A stretch of DNA of 61,419 nucleotides from an uncultured Acidimicrobiaceae bacterium (GCA_964513315.1 CAZEMU010000001.1:38047-99465); one strand, 5' to 3'. Positions 44,116 to 54,891 are shown, counted from the first letter of the stretch. Numbers and translations: made by a program. Notes: a model not told the origin generated them from the sequence alone.

Positions 44116-46524
44116 TCAGCAGCCGAGCACGGTGGCGGCCATCTTGTCCGACAGTTCGCGCAGACCGGCGTTGCCGTTCGCCGTGAACGTCATGGCGATG
44201 GCGTAGCCGAAGTCGGGAATGACATAGGTCGCCGACAACGAGTTCGCGTTCTCGGTGATGCCGAACACGACCGTGCGGTCGGCGATGTCGCGCCGGTTGG
44301 CGTTATCGAGCGTGATCCCGAGCTGGGTCAGGTCTTCGCGAACTTGCTCGGGCGTGTCGTTCATCGTGAAGTCACCCGGCCAGATCGCGTACGTGACTCT
44401 CGGAACGAACCCGCTGGCCCCGGCAGGGCCATCGGCGAAGACAACGCCGCCTTGGTCGACGATCTCTTCGAGCGCCTCAAGAGCGGCGGCGCTGTCGGTC
44501 GGACGTGCGAGGCGGGCGATCTCGTCGAGATCGCCCGTGAGGTCGAACCATCGCCAGTCGCTGGGGATGACTCCGGTGACGCCGAGCCCACAGGTCCCGG
44601 CATAGATGCCTTCGTTGAGGCTGTTCAGGAGCCGGACTTCGTGGGTCGGATCGCTGCCGATGAAGGGGCTGGCGCAGTTGCCCGATCCGGGAATCGCTCG
44701 CTGTTCGGCATCGGCGACGATCACGCACACGTTGCGCCCTTCTGCGGCGAGGAACTCGCTGCCGGTGAACAGCGTGCGCCCGTTCTCTCCATTGAACGAG
44801 GTTGCCGGGAACGGCGTGTCCCACAGTCGGTAGGAGCCGCCTGGGGTCTCGCTGCCGGCCTTGGTCTCGTCGCCACCGAGCACGTTGTCGATGTAGAAGT
44901 GCAGGTGGTAGTCGGCCGGTTCGAGCTCGGGGAAGAAGCCTTCGACCCAGTAAAGGATCGTCATTTCGTCGGTGTCCTCGTCGACGACGATGGCGTAGAT
45001 GCAGGCGGCGCGTTCCTGGTTCTCGGGGCAGGGTCGAGGGGCGCCGTAGAACCCGGCTTGGGTCAGATCGATGCCTTCGGGTTGCTCGGTTGGTTCGAAG
45101 CGGATCGCGGTCGGCTCGGGGGCAGGCGTCGGCGTGGCTTCGGGCTGGTTGTCGGCAGTGGGTTCCGGCACGGCCGTGGGTTCAGCTTCGGGCACTGCGG
45201 TCGGCTCGGTGTCGTCCGGGTCGCCCGACGTGGCGGCAACCGCGGTCGGCTCCGGCTCGTCGGCGGGGATCGCGGTCGGCGTAGGAATCGGTGTCGATGC
45301 CGATTCGTCACCACCGCCACTCATGACGACGATGCCGGCAATGAGCGCGACGAGGGCTGCGGCGACAACACCGATCATTGCCCATGGCGGCTTCTTCGCT
45401 TCGGGTGCGGCGGGCGGTTGCGAGATCGCCACCGCGGGTGTCTCAAGGCTCGTGGGCTCGGCTTGCGGATTGGCGGCGACCTGGGCAACCGCCTGTGGCG
45501 CTGGACTCGCGGGCGCAGCGACGGGCGGCGGGGTGGGTTCGAAGTCGAACGTCGCTTCGCCGGCCTTGACCATGATCGTGCCGGTGCGGGGTGAGTTGTC
45601 CGAGGGCTGCTCGGTCTCGGCGATGATCTCGGGCCAGTGGAGGACGAAACGCCGACGACGCAGCCAGCCGGAACCGAACGCGGTGACACAGGCTCGAGCG
45701 AGCTCGCGAGCGAACTGCTCGGCAGTCGACTGGCGGACGTTGAGGTCCTTCGACAATGAACGGTCGATGACCTCGCCGATTGCGCCGGGGAGCTCGGGGC
45801 GAGCTTGCAGCAGGGGAAGCGGTTCGGTGACGAGGTGGTGGGCGAGTAGCCCGTTCACCGAATCGGAATCGGGAAACGGCAGACCGCCGGTCAACAGCTC
45901 GTAGGCCATCATGCCGACGCTGTACACATCGCTCGCCGCCGTCAGCTCGTCGCCACGGCATTGCTCGGGACTCATGTAGGCAGGGGTGCCGACGATCATG
46001 CCGGTCGCAGTGCGGCGAGTGTCTGCTTCGGTGTCGCGGGCGATGCCGAAGTCCGCCAGCTTGACGACACCTTTGGCGTCGTACATGAGATTCTCGGGCT
46101 TGACGTCGCGATGGAGCAGACCCTTGGCGTGAGCGACATCGAGTCCAGCGAGGCAGGCGAGGACTGCAGCGCACGCTTCGTCGGTCACGATGCCGTCGGC
46201 GCGGAACCGATCCGAGATCGACCCTTCGCAGCGCTCCATGATCAGGAAACGGGAGCCCTCGGATTCGACGAAGTCGTAGACGGGCACGATGTGGGGATGT
46301 TCGAGCGATGCCACCATTTGGGCTTCGGCGACGAACCGCTCGCGCACGCTGTCATCGGACGCGTAGACCTGGGGCAGCTGCTTGATCGCCACGAGGCGGC
46401 CGAGCTGGGTGTGGCGGGCCTCGTACACCACGCCGAAGGCGCCTTGGCCGAGCTGTCCCGCAATGTCATAGGCAGGTAGCGCCCGTTCGAGTGACGTCCG
46501 CGCCTCGTCAGTCATGTCTCCCAC
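44116..46524 (-). CDS. Transmembrane Ser/Thr protein kinase with a Pro/Thr/Glu-rich linker and an uncharacterised ectodomain of about 330 aa
   Basis: Hanks kinase motifs GQGAFGVV, AIK, HRDVKPEN, DFGIA and GTPAYMSPE. TM helix WAMIGVVAAALVALIAGIVVM. EPTAVPE-type repeats. The start could be GTG 46524 or ATG 46515. Confidence 0.85.
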   Translation of the reverse strand: MGDMTDEARTSLERALPAYDIAGQLGQGAFGVVYEARHTQLGRLVAIKQLPQVYASDDSVRERFVAEAQMVASLEHPHIVPVYDFVESEGSRFLIMERCEGSISDRFRADGIVTDEACAAVLACLAGLDVAHAKGLLHRDVKPENLMYDAKGVVKLADFGIARDTEADTRRTATGMIVGTPAYMSPEQCRGDELTAASDVYSVGMMAYELLTGGLPFPDSDSVNGLLAHHLVTEPLPLLQARPELPGAIGEVIDRSLSKDLNVRQSTAEQFARELARACVTAFGSGWLRRRRFVLHWPEIIAETEQPSDNSPRTGTIMVKAGEATFDFEPTPPPVAAPASPAPQAVAQVAANPQAEPTSLETPAVAISQPPAAPEAKKPPWAMIGVVAAALVALIAGIVVMSGGGDESASTPIPTPTAIPADEPEPTAVAATSGDPDDTEPTAVPEAEPTAVPEPTADNQPEATPTPAPEPTAIRFEPTEQPEGIDLTQAGFYGAPRPCPENQERAACIYAIVVDEDTDEMTILYWVEGFFPELEPADYHLHFYIDNVLGGDETKAGSETPGGSYRLWDTPFPATSFNGENGRTLFTGSEFLAAEGRNVCVIVADAEQRAIPGSGNCASPFIGSDPTHEVRLLNSLNEGIYAGTCGLGVTGVIPSDWRWFDLTGDLDEIARLARPTDSAAALEALEEIVDQGGVVFADGPAGASGFVPRVTYAIWPGDFTMNDTPEQVREDLTQLGITLDNANRRDIADRTVVFGITENANSLSATYVIPDFGYAIAMTFTANGNAGLRELSDKMAATVLGC

Positions 46525-46715
46525 TTTTGTGTGTTGATCGGTGAACGTCGCACAGTGTCTGGACGTTCAACCACAACCGCCGTTACGGATTTCAGAGTAT
46601 TGTTGTCCAACCGGGCGAGGCGAGCGAGGGGGAACCGTCCTCAAGCCGCTCATTCGGGCCAGGGCGGGATCGTGTCGAAGCAGGTACCGTTTTGGGGAAT
46701 CCGTCGTGAGGGCTG

Positions 46716-47321
46716 ATGAGACAGAACAGCTTGTCGCAACTTGTGGGTGCCCTAGGCGGTTGGTTGCAGGAGCGGCCGTACAAGGTTGACCCAGACGCGC
46801 GGGATCGCGCCGCTCGCATCATCTTGGACATGAAGCTCCTCGGCGTCAGCATCGACGACGTTGATGCGCCCGAACTCATCGCGCTCGATCCAGAGGATCG
46901 CGAGGTCGTCGAGCAGGCTCGAGTCTGGGCGCTGGCCCGACGTGAAGAAGCCAGTCGACGCGAACGGGCTGAGGAACGAGCCGTGGCACATCGGCGCCAG
47001 GCCGAACGCAACGCCAGCGCAAACGCAAGCGAGACCTCCGCGCGGCCTGCGCTTTCACCAGAGCCCATTGTTGATGTCCGAGACGTTGAGCAGCCAGACA
47101 ACGACCGACAAGAAGGCCAGTCACAGGACACACCTCTCGCATTCGAGTTAGCGGAGCCAGCCGATCACGAATTATTCACGGTGCCACCACTGAACGCCGT
47201 CCCTGCGTTGACGCGATTGCGCCGCATTAAGCCCGATGCCGCATTCAAGGTCGTCATCGTGGTTTGGGGCATCGCCGCACTCGGCATGGTCGTCGTCGTC
47301 GTGCGGCTGATCTTGGGCTGA
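46716..47321 (+). CDS. Hypothetical protein with a C-terminal TM anchor
   Basis: 201-aa ORF. It has a charged helical region (ARREEASRRERAEERAVAHRRQAE) and a C-terminal helix (VVIVVWGIAALGMVVVVVRLILG). I recognise no family. Confidence 0.4.
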   Translation: MRQNSLSQLVGALGGWLQERPYKVDPDARDRAARIILDMKLLGVSIDDVDAPELIALDPEDREVVEQARVWALARREEASRRERAEERAVAHRRQAERNASANASETSARPALSPEPIVDVRDVEQPDNDRQEGQSQDTPLAFELAEPADHELFTVPPLNAVPALTRLRRIKPDAAFKVVIVVWGIAALGMVVVVVRLILG

Positions 47322-47322
47322 T

Positions 47323-48489
47323 TCAGCCAATAGGCACCGTGGTGCGGAACAGCGTGCCGTGACCCTCGACGACCCACTCCGGGTCGATCGCATCGATCCA
47401 CACCGGGGTGCCCGCTTCGATGCCGAACGCGACATCGCCGCAGCTCAGTCGAAAGCCACCTGAGGTCGCGATCAGAATCTCGGGCCCGTCGCCCGTTGCG
47501 CCATAGCCCTCGTCGATCACGAGGCGAGTGAGTGAGAACTCGCGAACCGGCGAATCGAACGTGTGCTCGTTGCTCGTCGGTTGTTGCACCGGCGGATCGA
47601 TCGGCGTGGTGTCGACGACCGCCGACAGCTCGGCGACATCGATGTGCTTGGGGGTGAGGCCACCACGGATCACATTGTCGCTGTTCGCCATGATCTCGAT
47701 GCCAGCACCTTGCACATAGGCATGGAGCACGCCGGCTTCGAGAAACAGGGCCTCGCCTGGCTCGAGCGTGAAGTGGTTCAAGAGCAGCGCCACGATGACA
47801 CCGGGGTCGCCGGGGTAGAGCGCCTGCAACCGATGGGTCCACATGATCTCGGTCAGCCATGCGCCGTCGCCGACGGTCGTGGCCGCGTCGACCACGGCGT
47901 TCGTCAACCGGCTCGCGTCCTCGGGGCTCATCGTGAGCAGCCACTGCAGGACATCGGCCAGAACGTCTGCGTCATCGCCTTGCTGCGCGAGGCGCGCGGC
48001 CAGCGGCGCAACTGCTGGCGAGTCGAGGCGGGCGACGAGTTCACGGCTCTGTTCGACTCGGCGGAACCCGCACTTGGCGTCGAACGGGGTGAGTGCACAG
48101 ATCAGCTCGGGCTTGTGGTTCGGGTCCCGGTAGGTGCGCGTCGGCGAGTCGAGGGGCACGCCCGCGTCGTTCTCGCGAGCGAATCCGTTCTCGGCCTGGG
48201 CGATGTTCGGATGCGTCTGGATCGACAGCGGTTGAGCAGCGGCCAAGACCTTCTTGAGGAAGGGAAGCTGGCCGAAGGAAGCTGCGGCTCCGAGCGCGGC
48301 ACGGGGGCTGGTTGCGACGTGGTGGTCGAGCCCCACCCCGGTGGAGCGAAGCTGGCTTGGCGCCTTGGGGTGGGCGCCCATCCACAGTTCAGCCTCGGGG
48401 TGGCCGGTCGGTGTCCGTTGCTGGAGCTCCGGAATGAAGGCAGGGTCGCCCCATCCATAGTCCTGGATAGCAGCGGCCAAGAGATCCAT
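47323..48489 (-). CDS. manA: Mannose-6-phosphate isomerase, class I
   Basis: YGWG, ELWMGAHP, LPFLKKVL.A..PLSIQTHP and AGVLHAY motifs. I prefer ATG 48489 over the TTG at 48495 used in the track. Confidence 0.8.
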   Translation of the reverse strand: MDLLAAAIQDYGWGDPAFIPELQQRTPTGHPEAELWMGAHPKAPSQLRSTGVGLDHHVATSPRAALGAAASFGQLPFLKKVLAAAQPLSIQTHPNIAQAENGFARENDAGVPLDSPTRTYRDPNHKPELICALTPFDAKCGFRRVEQSRELVARLDSPAVAPLAARLAQQGDDADVLADVLQWLLTMSPEDASRLTNAVVDAATTVGDGAWLTEIMWTHRLQALYPGDPGVIVALLLNHFTLEPGEALFLEAGVLHAYVQGAGIEIMANSDNVIRGGLTPKHIDVAELSAVVDTTPIDPPVQQPTSNEHTFDSPVREFSLTRLVIDEGYGATGDGPEILIATSGGFRLSCGDVAFGIEAGTPVWIDAIDPEWVVEGHGTLFRTTVPIG

Positions 48490-48602
48490 ACCCAAACGCT
48501 ACGTGTCGTGGGACACAAGCACAGGGCGTGGTGGGGGAACGGGCCGTTGAACCCAATGGGGTATGCCAATCTTTGGGATCTGTGGTGTGTCGATCGGGGG
48601 GC

Positions 48603-49889
48603 TTAGCTGTCGATGAAAATGGCGAGTTGGTCACCTGCCCCGAAGGCGACTTCGTTCCGCGCAGGCGCAATCGCGATGTTCGTGTGCAATCGGCCGGGCA
48701 GCTCGCGACGTGCCACTTCGTCGACGCCATCGTCAGTGCGGGTCAGGATCGCCAGTTGTTGACGGTCCTTTGACGGGACGATGACGTTCAGCAGGCCGTC
48801 GCCGGTGGCATCGAACACGACGGCGAGGTCGAGGTTGCGGCTGCCGATTTCATGCGAGGTGTAGTTCGGAGCGCTCGCCGCAACGCGCACGAGCTCGCCG
48901 TCTTGTAGGCGGAAGTACTCGACGGTCCCGCCGATGTGTGGGGTGCGGACGTCGATGACCTCGATCTCGCCGCTGGGTCCGACGGGGGCGATCGCCATCT
49001 GGTTGCGCCACCGGTTGCCACGACCGATGGGCGTCGACTCGGCGAGGAGCGTCCCATCTTGGCGCCACGCAACGAGGCGGGCACCGCTGTCTGCGTTGCT
49101 GACGGTCGCAAGAATCTCGTGGATGCCGTCACCGTCGATGTCGCCGAGCATCGGCGAGAGCCCTTCGATGACATCAGGTTCGGCGAGCTCGATCGTGGGG
49201 ACCCGCTCGGCGGTGCAGAGGTCGACGATCTCGATGCCCGCCGCCTCGATGTCATCGCCAAGCACGTTGTGGCGATATCGCCGGGTCGGCTCCGACAGCG
49301 CGAACGCACGGTCCAGGAGATCGTTCGAGCCGCCGAATACGACACGTGCATCGGGCAGTGGATCACGAAACAAGGTTCGGTCCGAGGCGAAGTTCCGAAT
49401 GTCTCCGTTCTCGCCGGTCGTGGGGGTCCCATCGATCGGGTCAGCGGGCGCGACGTTGCCATTGGTCACCGTGACGGCTGAGCCGTCGTTGAGTGTGACA
49501 TGCCAGCCGTCGGCGGTGGCCAAGACCCATGCCGGGCGTCCCGGCAGGGTGACGACCGTCGGTTCCGATGCCAACAGGTCGACCGATGCATCGCTCAGTC
49601 GGTTCCCTGTGGGCTGCACGTCGACCCGGGGGCCGTAGGCCGACGCACTGCAGGTTGTCGGAGCCGGTGTGGGCTCCGCGTCGTGAGTTTCATCGGCCCG
49701 TGGCGTCGGCGCGGGTGTGTCTGGAGAAGGTTCGGCCTCGGCCGCAGCGGTGTCCGTGGCAATCGTGGGCGGGACCGCGGTAGCCGCAGCAGCGACATCG
49801 GCGGCGTCGATCGCTGCCGAGGTGCATCCGGTGGCCAGAAGCAGGGCGACCGCACATGATGCGATCACGCGAATTGGGCTGGTGAACAC
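48603..49889 (-). CDS. Lipoprotein with FG-GAP/VCBS-like repeats
   Basis: 428 aa. Signal peptide plus lipobox (LLLATGCTS). A Pro/Thr/Ala linker. Repeats GDIDGDGIHEI and DATGDGLLNV are typical of FG-GAP beta-propeller blades. GTG start. Confidence 0.5.
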   Translation of the reverse strand: MFTSPIRVIASCAVALLLATGCTSAAIDAADVAAAATAVPPTIATDTAAAEAEPSPDTPAPTPRADETHDAEPTPAPTTCSASAYGPRVDVQPTGNRLSDASVDLLASEPTVVTLPGRPAWVLATADGWHVTLNDGSAVTVTNGNVAPADPIDGTPTTGENGDIRNFASDRTLFRDPLPDARVVFGGSNDLLDRAFALSEPTRRYRHNVLGDDIEAAGIEIVDLCTAERVPTIELAEPDVIEGLSPMLGDIDGDGIHEILATVSNADSGARLVAWRQDGTLLAESTPIGRGNRWRNQMAIAPVGPSGEIEVIDVRTPHIGGTVEYFRLQDGELVRVAASAPNYTSHEIGSRNLDLAVVFDATGDGLLNVIVPSKDRQQLAILTRTDDGVDEVARRELPGRLHTNIAIAPARNEVAFGAGDQLAIFIDS

Positions 49890-49895
49890 CCCCTG

Positions 49896-50873
49896 ATGAT
49901 GGCCGCCAAATCGCTCGGTGACAGGGCAGGTGCCACCTACGCTGCGGCGGTGGCGATTCTGATCAACCCGTACAGCCGAGCCGAGCAGTGGCGCGAGGCG
50001 TTCGAGCAGTTACTCCCCGGCGAAGACGTGCGGTGGTATCCCGACATCGGGGACCCAGCCGAAATCGAGTTCGTCGTCGCGTGGCTCATGTCGCGGAGCG
50101 AACTGGACGAGCTGCCGAACCTGCAAGCGATCCTGTGCCTGGGTGCCGGCACCGAGCAATGGCAGAAGCCAGGCATGCCCGATGTGCCCGTCGTGCGGCT
50201 CGCCGATCCTGCAATGGCCGATCAGATGGCCGCCTATGCCGTGAGCTACGTCGTGCGCCATCAGCGTGGCTTCGCCGGGGTCGAGGCCCTGCAGTCCGAG
50301 CGCAGCTGGACGATTCCGACGACGCCTCCGACCTGGTCGTACAAGATCGGCATCTTGGGATACGGCACGATCGGAGCTCGCATCGGCGAGGCATTCGCCG
50401 CACTCGGGTATCCCATCAATGCGTGGACCCGAAGCCAGCGTGAGATGCCCGGCGTGACCCACTTCGCGGGCACCGACGAGCTCAAAGACTTCCTTGGCGC
50501 CAGCAACGTGGTGATCAACGTGTTGCCAAGTACCGAGTCGACGATCGGTCTGCTCGACCGGGAACGATTCGCTCAGTTCAGCCCCGAGGCGCTGTTCGTC
50601 AATGTCGGTCGCGGCACCGTCGTCGAGTCAGACGCGGCACTCGTCGACGCACTCGACGATGGCCCGCTCGCGGCCGCCATCCTCGACGTGACCAGTCCCG
50701 AACCGCTGGGCGAGGACTCGCCGCTGTGGGATCACGAAGCGGTCACGCTTACCCCGCACCTGTCCGGGGTCACCCAAGTCCGCAGTGCTGCCCAGGTCGT
50801 TGCGGCCAACATCGCTCGCTTCCGGGCCGGCGAGTCGGTAGAACCGCTGCTCGACCGATCCCGGGGCTACTGA
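49896..50873 (+). CDS. D-isomer-specific 2-hydroxyacid dehydrogenase (glyoxylate/hydroxypyruvate reductase A-like)
   Basis: 325 aa. GILGYGTIGARIG NAD-binding motif, NVGRG, and a catalytic LTPHLSG region. Confidence 0.75.
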   Translation: MMAAKSLGDRAGATYAAAVAILINPYSRAEQWREAFEQLLPGEDVRWYPDIGDPAEIEFVVAWLMSRSELDELPNLQAILCLGAGTEQWQKPGMPDVPVVRLADPAMADQMAAYAVSYVVRHQRGFAGVEALQSERSWTIPTTPPTWSYKIGILGYGTIGARIGEAFAALGYPINAWTRSQREMPGVTHFAGTDELKDFLGASNVVINVLPSTESTIGLLDRERFAQFSPEALFVNVGRGTVVESDAALVDALDDGPLAAAILDVTSPEPLGEDSPLWDHEAVTLTPHLSGVTQVRSAAQVVAANIARFRAGESVEPLLDRSRGY

Positions 50874-51013
50874 CCGCTCGACCGGACCACTCCTCGCCTC
50901 TCCTTCCTCGTTCCGGGCCCGCGCTGATAGGCCGGGCGCCTCGAATTTGTCGCAGCGGGTGGCCCTGCGCTGCATGGCGTGAGATCGGGCTGCCCCATAT
51001 CGGGTGATTCCCC

Positions 51014-51070
51014 GTAGGCACTGCGGCCTACCTCCCCTCCTAGGCAAGAATGCCTATGCGGAAGAGGAGG
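51014..51070 (+). promoter_or_regulatory. Two stem-loops in the leader of the 51075 gene. The second places a pyrimidine tract (CCTCCCCTCC) opposite the Shine-Dalgarno tract (GGAAGAGGAGG).
   Basis: GTAGGC-actgcg-GCCTAC (51014-51031) and TAGGCA-agaa-TGCCTA (51041-51056) are perfect 6-bp stems. The outer CU-rich/GA-rich pairing is imperfect (about 9 pairs with bulges). Confidence 0.3.
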
Positions 51071-51074
51071 CATT

Positions 51075-51992
51075 GTGGGAACACACACGAAGGAAAGCTG
51101 TGGGCGGCGACTCGGCGTGCTCGCCGTGGTCCTCGTCATCGGACTCACCCTCCTCGCCGCATTGCCGGCATCTACGAACGGGTCCATTGCCGCGGGATCT
51201 GTGGCAAGTGGCGCCCAGGCCTTCTCAGAGCCTGCCTCTGCGGATCCGGTCGTCGAAGCGACCGGGCTCGGGCGTGACGCCATCGCCTTCCATGCGTTGA
51301 TCGAATACGTCTTGGCGCCGCGACGCTCGGCACCAGTGCTCGAGCCGGAGCGGGCCGAACCGTCAGCTCAGATTGTCGCCGCTGCCGCGCCCGCAACGCC
51401 GCAAACCACGCCCACGACGGTGGTACCGACGCCAGCGCCAGCACAGCCGACGCCGGCTCCTATCCCGACTGCGACGCCAGCAGCTGTGGTTGCAACGCCG
51501 GTGCCAGTGCAGCCCGCGCCGGTCGTCCCCACGCTGGTGCCACCACTGCCAGCGACCAGTGCGACGAGTCGAGGCCAGGCAGCGCTCGCACGCATGCCGC
51601 TACTCCCGGGTTCAGTCGGCTTCACGATCGAGTTCCTTCCGGCCCGAGGCGGGTACGGCGGACTGACCTATCCCGACAGTCGACGCATCGAGATCTATGT
51701 CGACGAGGGATGGAGCGACGCTCGTCTCGCACACGTCGTCGCTCACGAGATCGGGCACGCAGTCGACATGGCGCGCAACTCTCGATCGGATCATGAGCGG
51801 TGGCGGGCAGCTCGCGGCATTCCCTCGACGACCAAGTGGTGGGCAGACCCCTACACGTCGGACTTTGCGACCCCTGGCGGCGACTTCGCCGAGTGCTTTG
51901 CGGCCTGGGCCGTGGGCACCTCGGCTACGCGTTCTGAATTCGGTAGTTGTGCCGGAACAGGCGGTCTCATGGGCGAACTGGTGTGGGGCTAA
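51075..51992 (+). CDS. Secreted protein with a Pro/Thr/Ala-rich linker and a small C-terminal HExxH (zincin-like) domain
   Basis: 305 aa. GTG start 5 nt after GAGGAGG. N-terminal TM/signal region. HEIGHAVD motif. No family recognised. Confidence 0.45.
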   Translation: MGTHTKESCGRRLGVLAVVLVIGLTLLAALPASTNGSIAAGSVASGAQAFSEPASADPVVEATGLGRDAIAFHALIEYVLAPRRSAPVLEPERAEPSAQIVAAAAPATPQTTPTTVVPTPAPAQPTPAPIPTATPAAVVATPVPVQPAPVVPTLVPPLPATSATSRGQAALARMPLLPGSVGFTIEFLPARGGYGGLTYPDSRRIEIYVDEGWSDARLAHVVAHEIGHAVDMARNSRSDHERWRAARGIPSTTKWWADPYTSDFATPGGDFAECFAAWAVGTSATRSEFGSCAGTGGLMGELVWG

Positions 51993-52012
51993 GGACGTCA
52001 CCTCGGCCATAA

Positions 52013-52133
52013 GGGTTCCGCATGGTGGAACCCGTTCCACATGACGGAACGGTTCGCTACGATCCCCTGAGCGCACCAACGCGGTGCGGCCAGCGCACCG
52101 ATGATGCGCCATCGTTCATTGCCAGGGGGCACC
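52013..52133 (+). promoter_or_regulatory. Structured 5' leader of fhs with tandem and mutually exclusive hairpins and a possible anti-SD pairing
   Basis: GGGTTCC-N7-GGAACCC (52013-52033). CCGTTCC-N7-GGAACGG (52032-52052). CGCACC (52072-77) or CGCACC(G) (52094-52100) can each pair with the shared GGTGCG (52083-88). CCCCTG (52064-69) is complementary to CAGGGG (52123-28), which overlaps the SD. Confidence 0.35.
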
Positions 52134-53831
<1,698 letters not shown>

Positions 53832-53910
53832 TCGCTCGTCGCTGCGCTCCTCGCTTACCGAGTTGCTCGCTGCGCTCACAACTCGAGCCCCCGGACCTAA
53901 GGAAATCCCC

Positions 53911-54780
53911 ATGGCACTCTTTGGCAAGAAGTACGACGAATCGGCTGAGGCGCACGCCCACCGCATCGCGCTTACAGAATCGCTGACGTTTGAACTCATC
54001 CCGCTGAAGAGCTTGACCGACGCGGTCGCCGCACTTCCGGCTTCGGCTGAGGTCTCGGTGACGTGCTCACCTGCCAAGGGCATCGATGAGACACAGCGCA
54101 TCACCGCTGAGCTTCTTGCCGAGGGCTTCACCCCGATCCCGCATTTCTCGGCCCGCATGGTGCGCGACAAGGCGCACACCGCCGAACTCGCGGCGTGGTG
54201 CCGTGAGCTTGGTCTGGCCAAGGTGTTCATGGTCGGCGGCGACGCCGAAGAGCCCGGCGACTACGCCGGTGCCGTCGAGTTCCTCGCCGACTTCCTCGAG
54301 ACCGACCACGGTCTCGACACCATCGGCGTGACCGCCTACCCCGATGGGCACGTGTTCCTCTCCGACGAGAAGCTCACCTGGGCGCTTCACGAGAAGCAGC
54401 GCATGCTCAACGACGCTGGCGTCAACGGCTACTGCTCGACCCAGATGTGCTTCGATCCCGACACCATCGCCAAGTGGTTGCGCACCGAACGCGAGCGGGG
54501 CCTGACCCTGCCTGTCCACCTGGGTATCTCGGGCGTTGTCGACAAGGCGAAGCTGCTCAAGATGGGCGCCCGCCTCGGCATCGGTGACTCGCTGAAGTAC
54601 CTGCGCAAGAACGTCGGCGCCGTCGTCAAGATGATGACGACGGTCAACTACGACCCCAACGATCTACTCCTGCCGCTCAGCGATGACCTCGTCACCCTGG
54701 GCGTCGAAGGCATGCACGTCTTCACCTTTAACCAGGTCGCCGCAACCAACGAGTGGCGCGAGGCAACCCTCGCTGGCTAG
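53911..54780 (+). CDS. metF: Methylenetetrahydrofolate reductase
   Basis: 289 aa from ATG 53911 (AAGGAAA upstream). Resembles MTHFR-family proteins (FELIPLKS, GVTAYPDGH, QMCFD). The upstream part of the 552-aa track ORF is an out-of-frame overlap with fhs. Confidence 0.7.
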   Translation: MALFGKKYDESAEAHAHRIALTESLTFELIPLKSLTDAVAALPASAEVSVTCSPAKGIDETQRITAELLAEGFTPIPHFSARMVRDKAHTAELAAWCRELGLAKVFMVGGDAEEPGDYAGAVEFLADFLETDHGLDTIGVTAYPDGHVFLSDEKLTWALHEKQRMLNDAGVNGYCSTQMCFDPDTIAKWLRTERERGLTLPVHLGISGVVDKAKLLKMGARLGIGDSLKYLRKNVGAVVKMMTTVNYDPNDLLLPLSDDLVTLGVEGMHVFTFNQVAATNEWREATLAG

Positions 54781-54891
54781 GAGGGCGCGCCGATCGGCGT
54801 GCCCGTGGCTGAGCGGCCCGCTCGCCGAAGGCGAGCAAGAGCGGAAGCACGGCCCTGCAGACCGACTACCTAAGACCTATCAGTGGACGCT

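Noticed and set aside
43471-45594. A 707-aa plus-strand ORF spanning the enolase-gene 3' end and the kinase gene
   Set aside because: It is antisense or out of frame relative to two well-supported genes, and its composition (Arg/Gly-rich) is typical of high-GC shadow ORFs.
51993-52133. A ZTP (pfl) or THF riboswitch upstream of fhs
   Set aside because: I looked for the conserved ZTP elements (ACUGGCG in the 5' subdomain and CCGCCUGGGC in the 3' tail) and did not find them. The closest match is UGCCAGGGGGCA, which overlaps the SD. I therefore report the region only as an unclassified structured leader.
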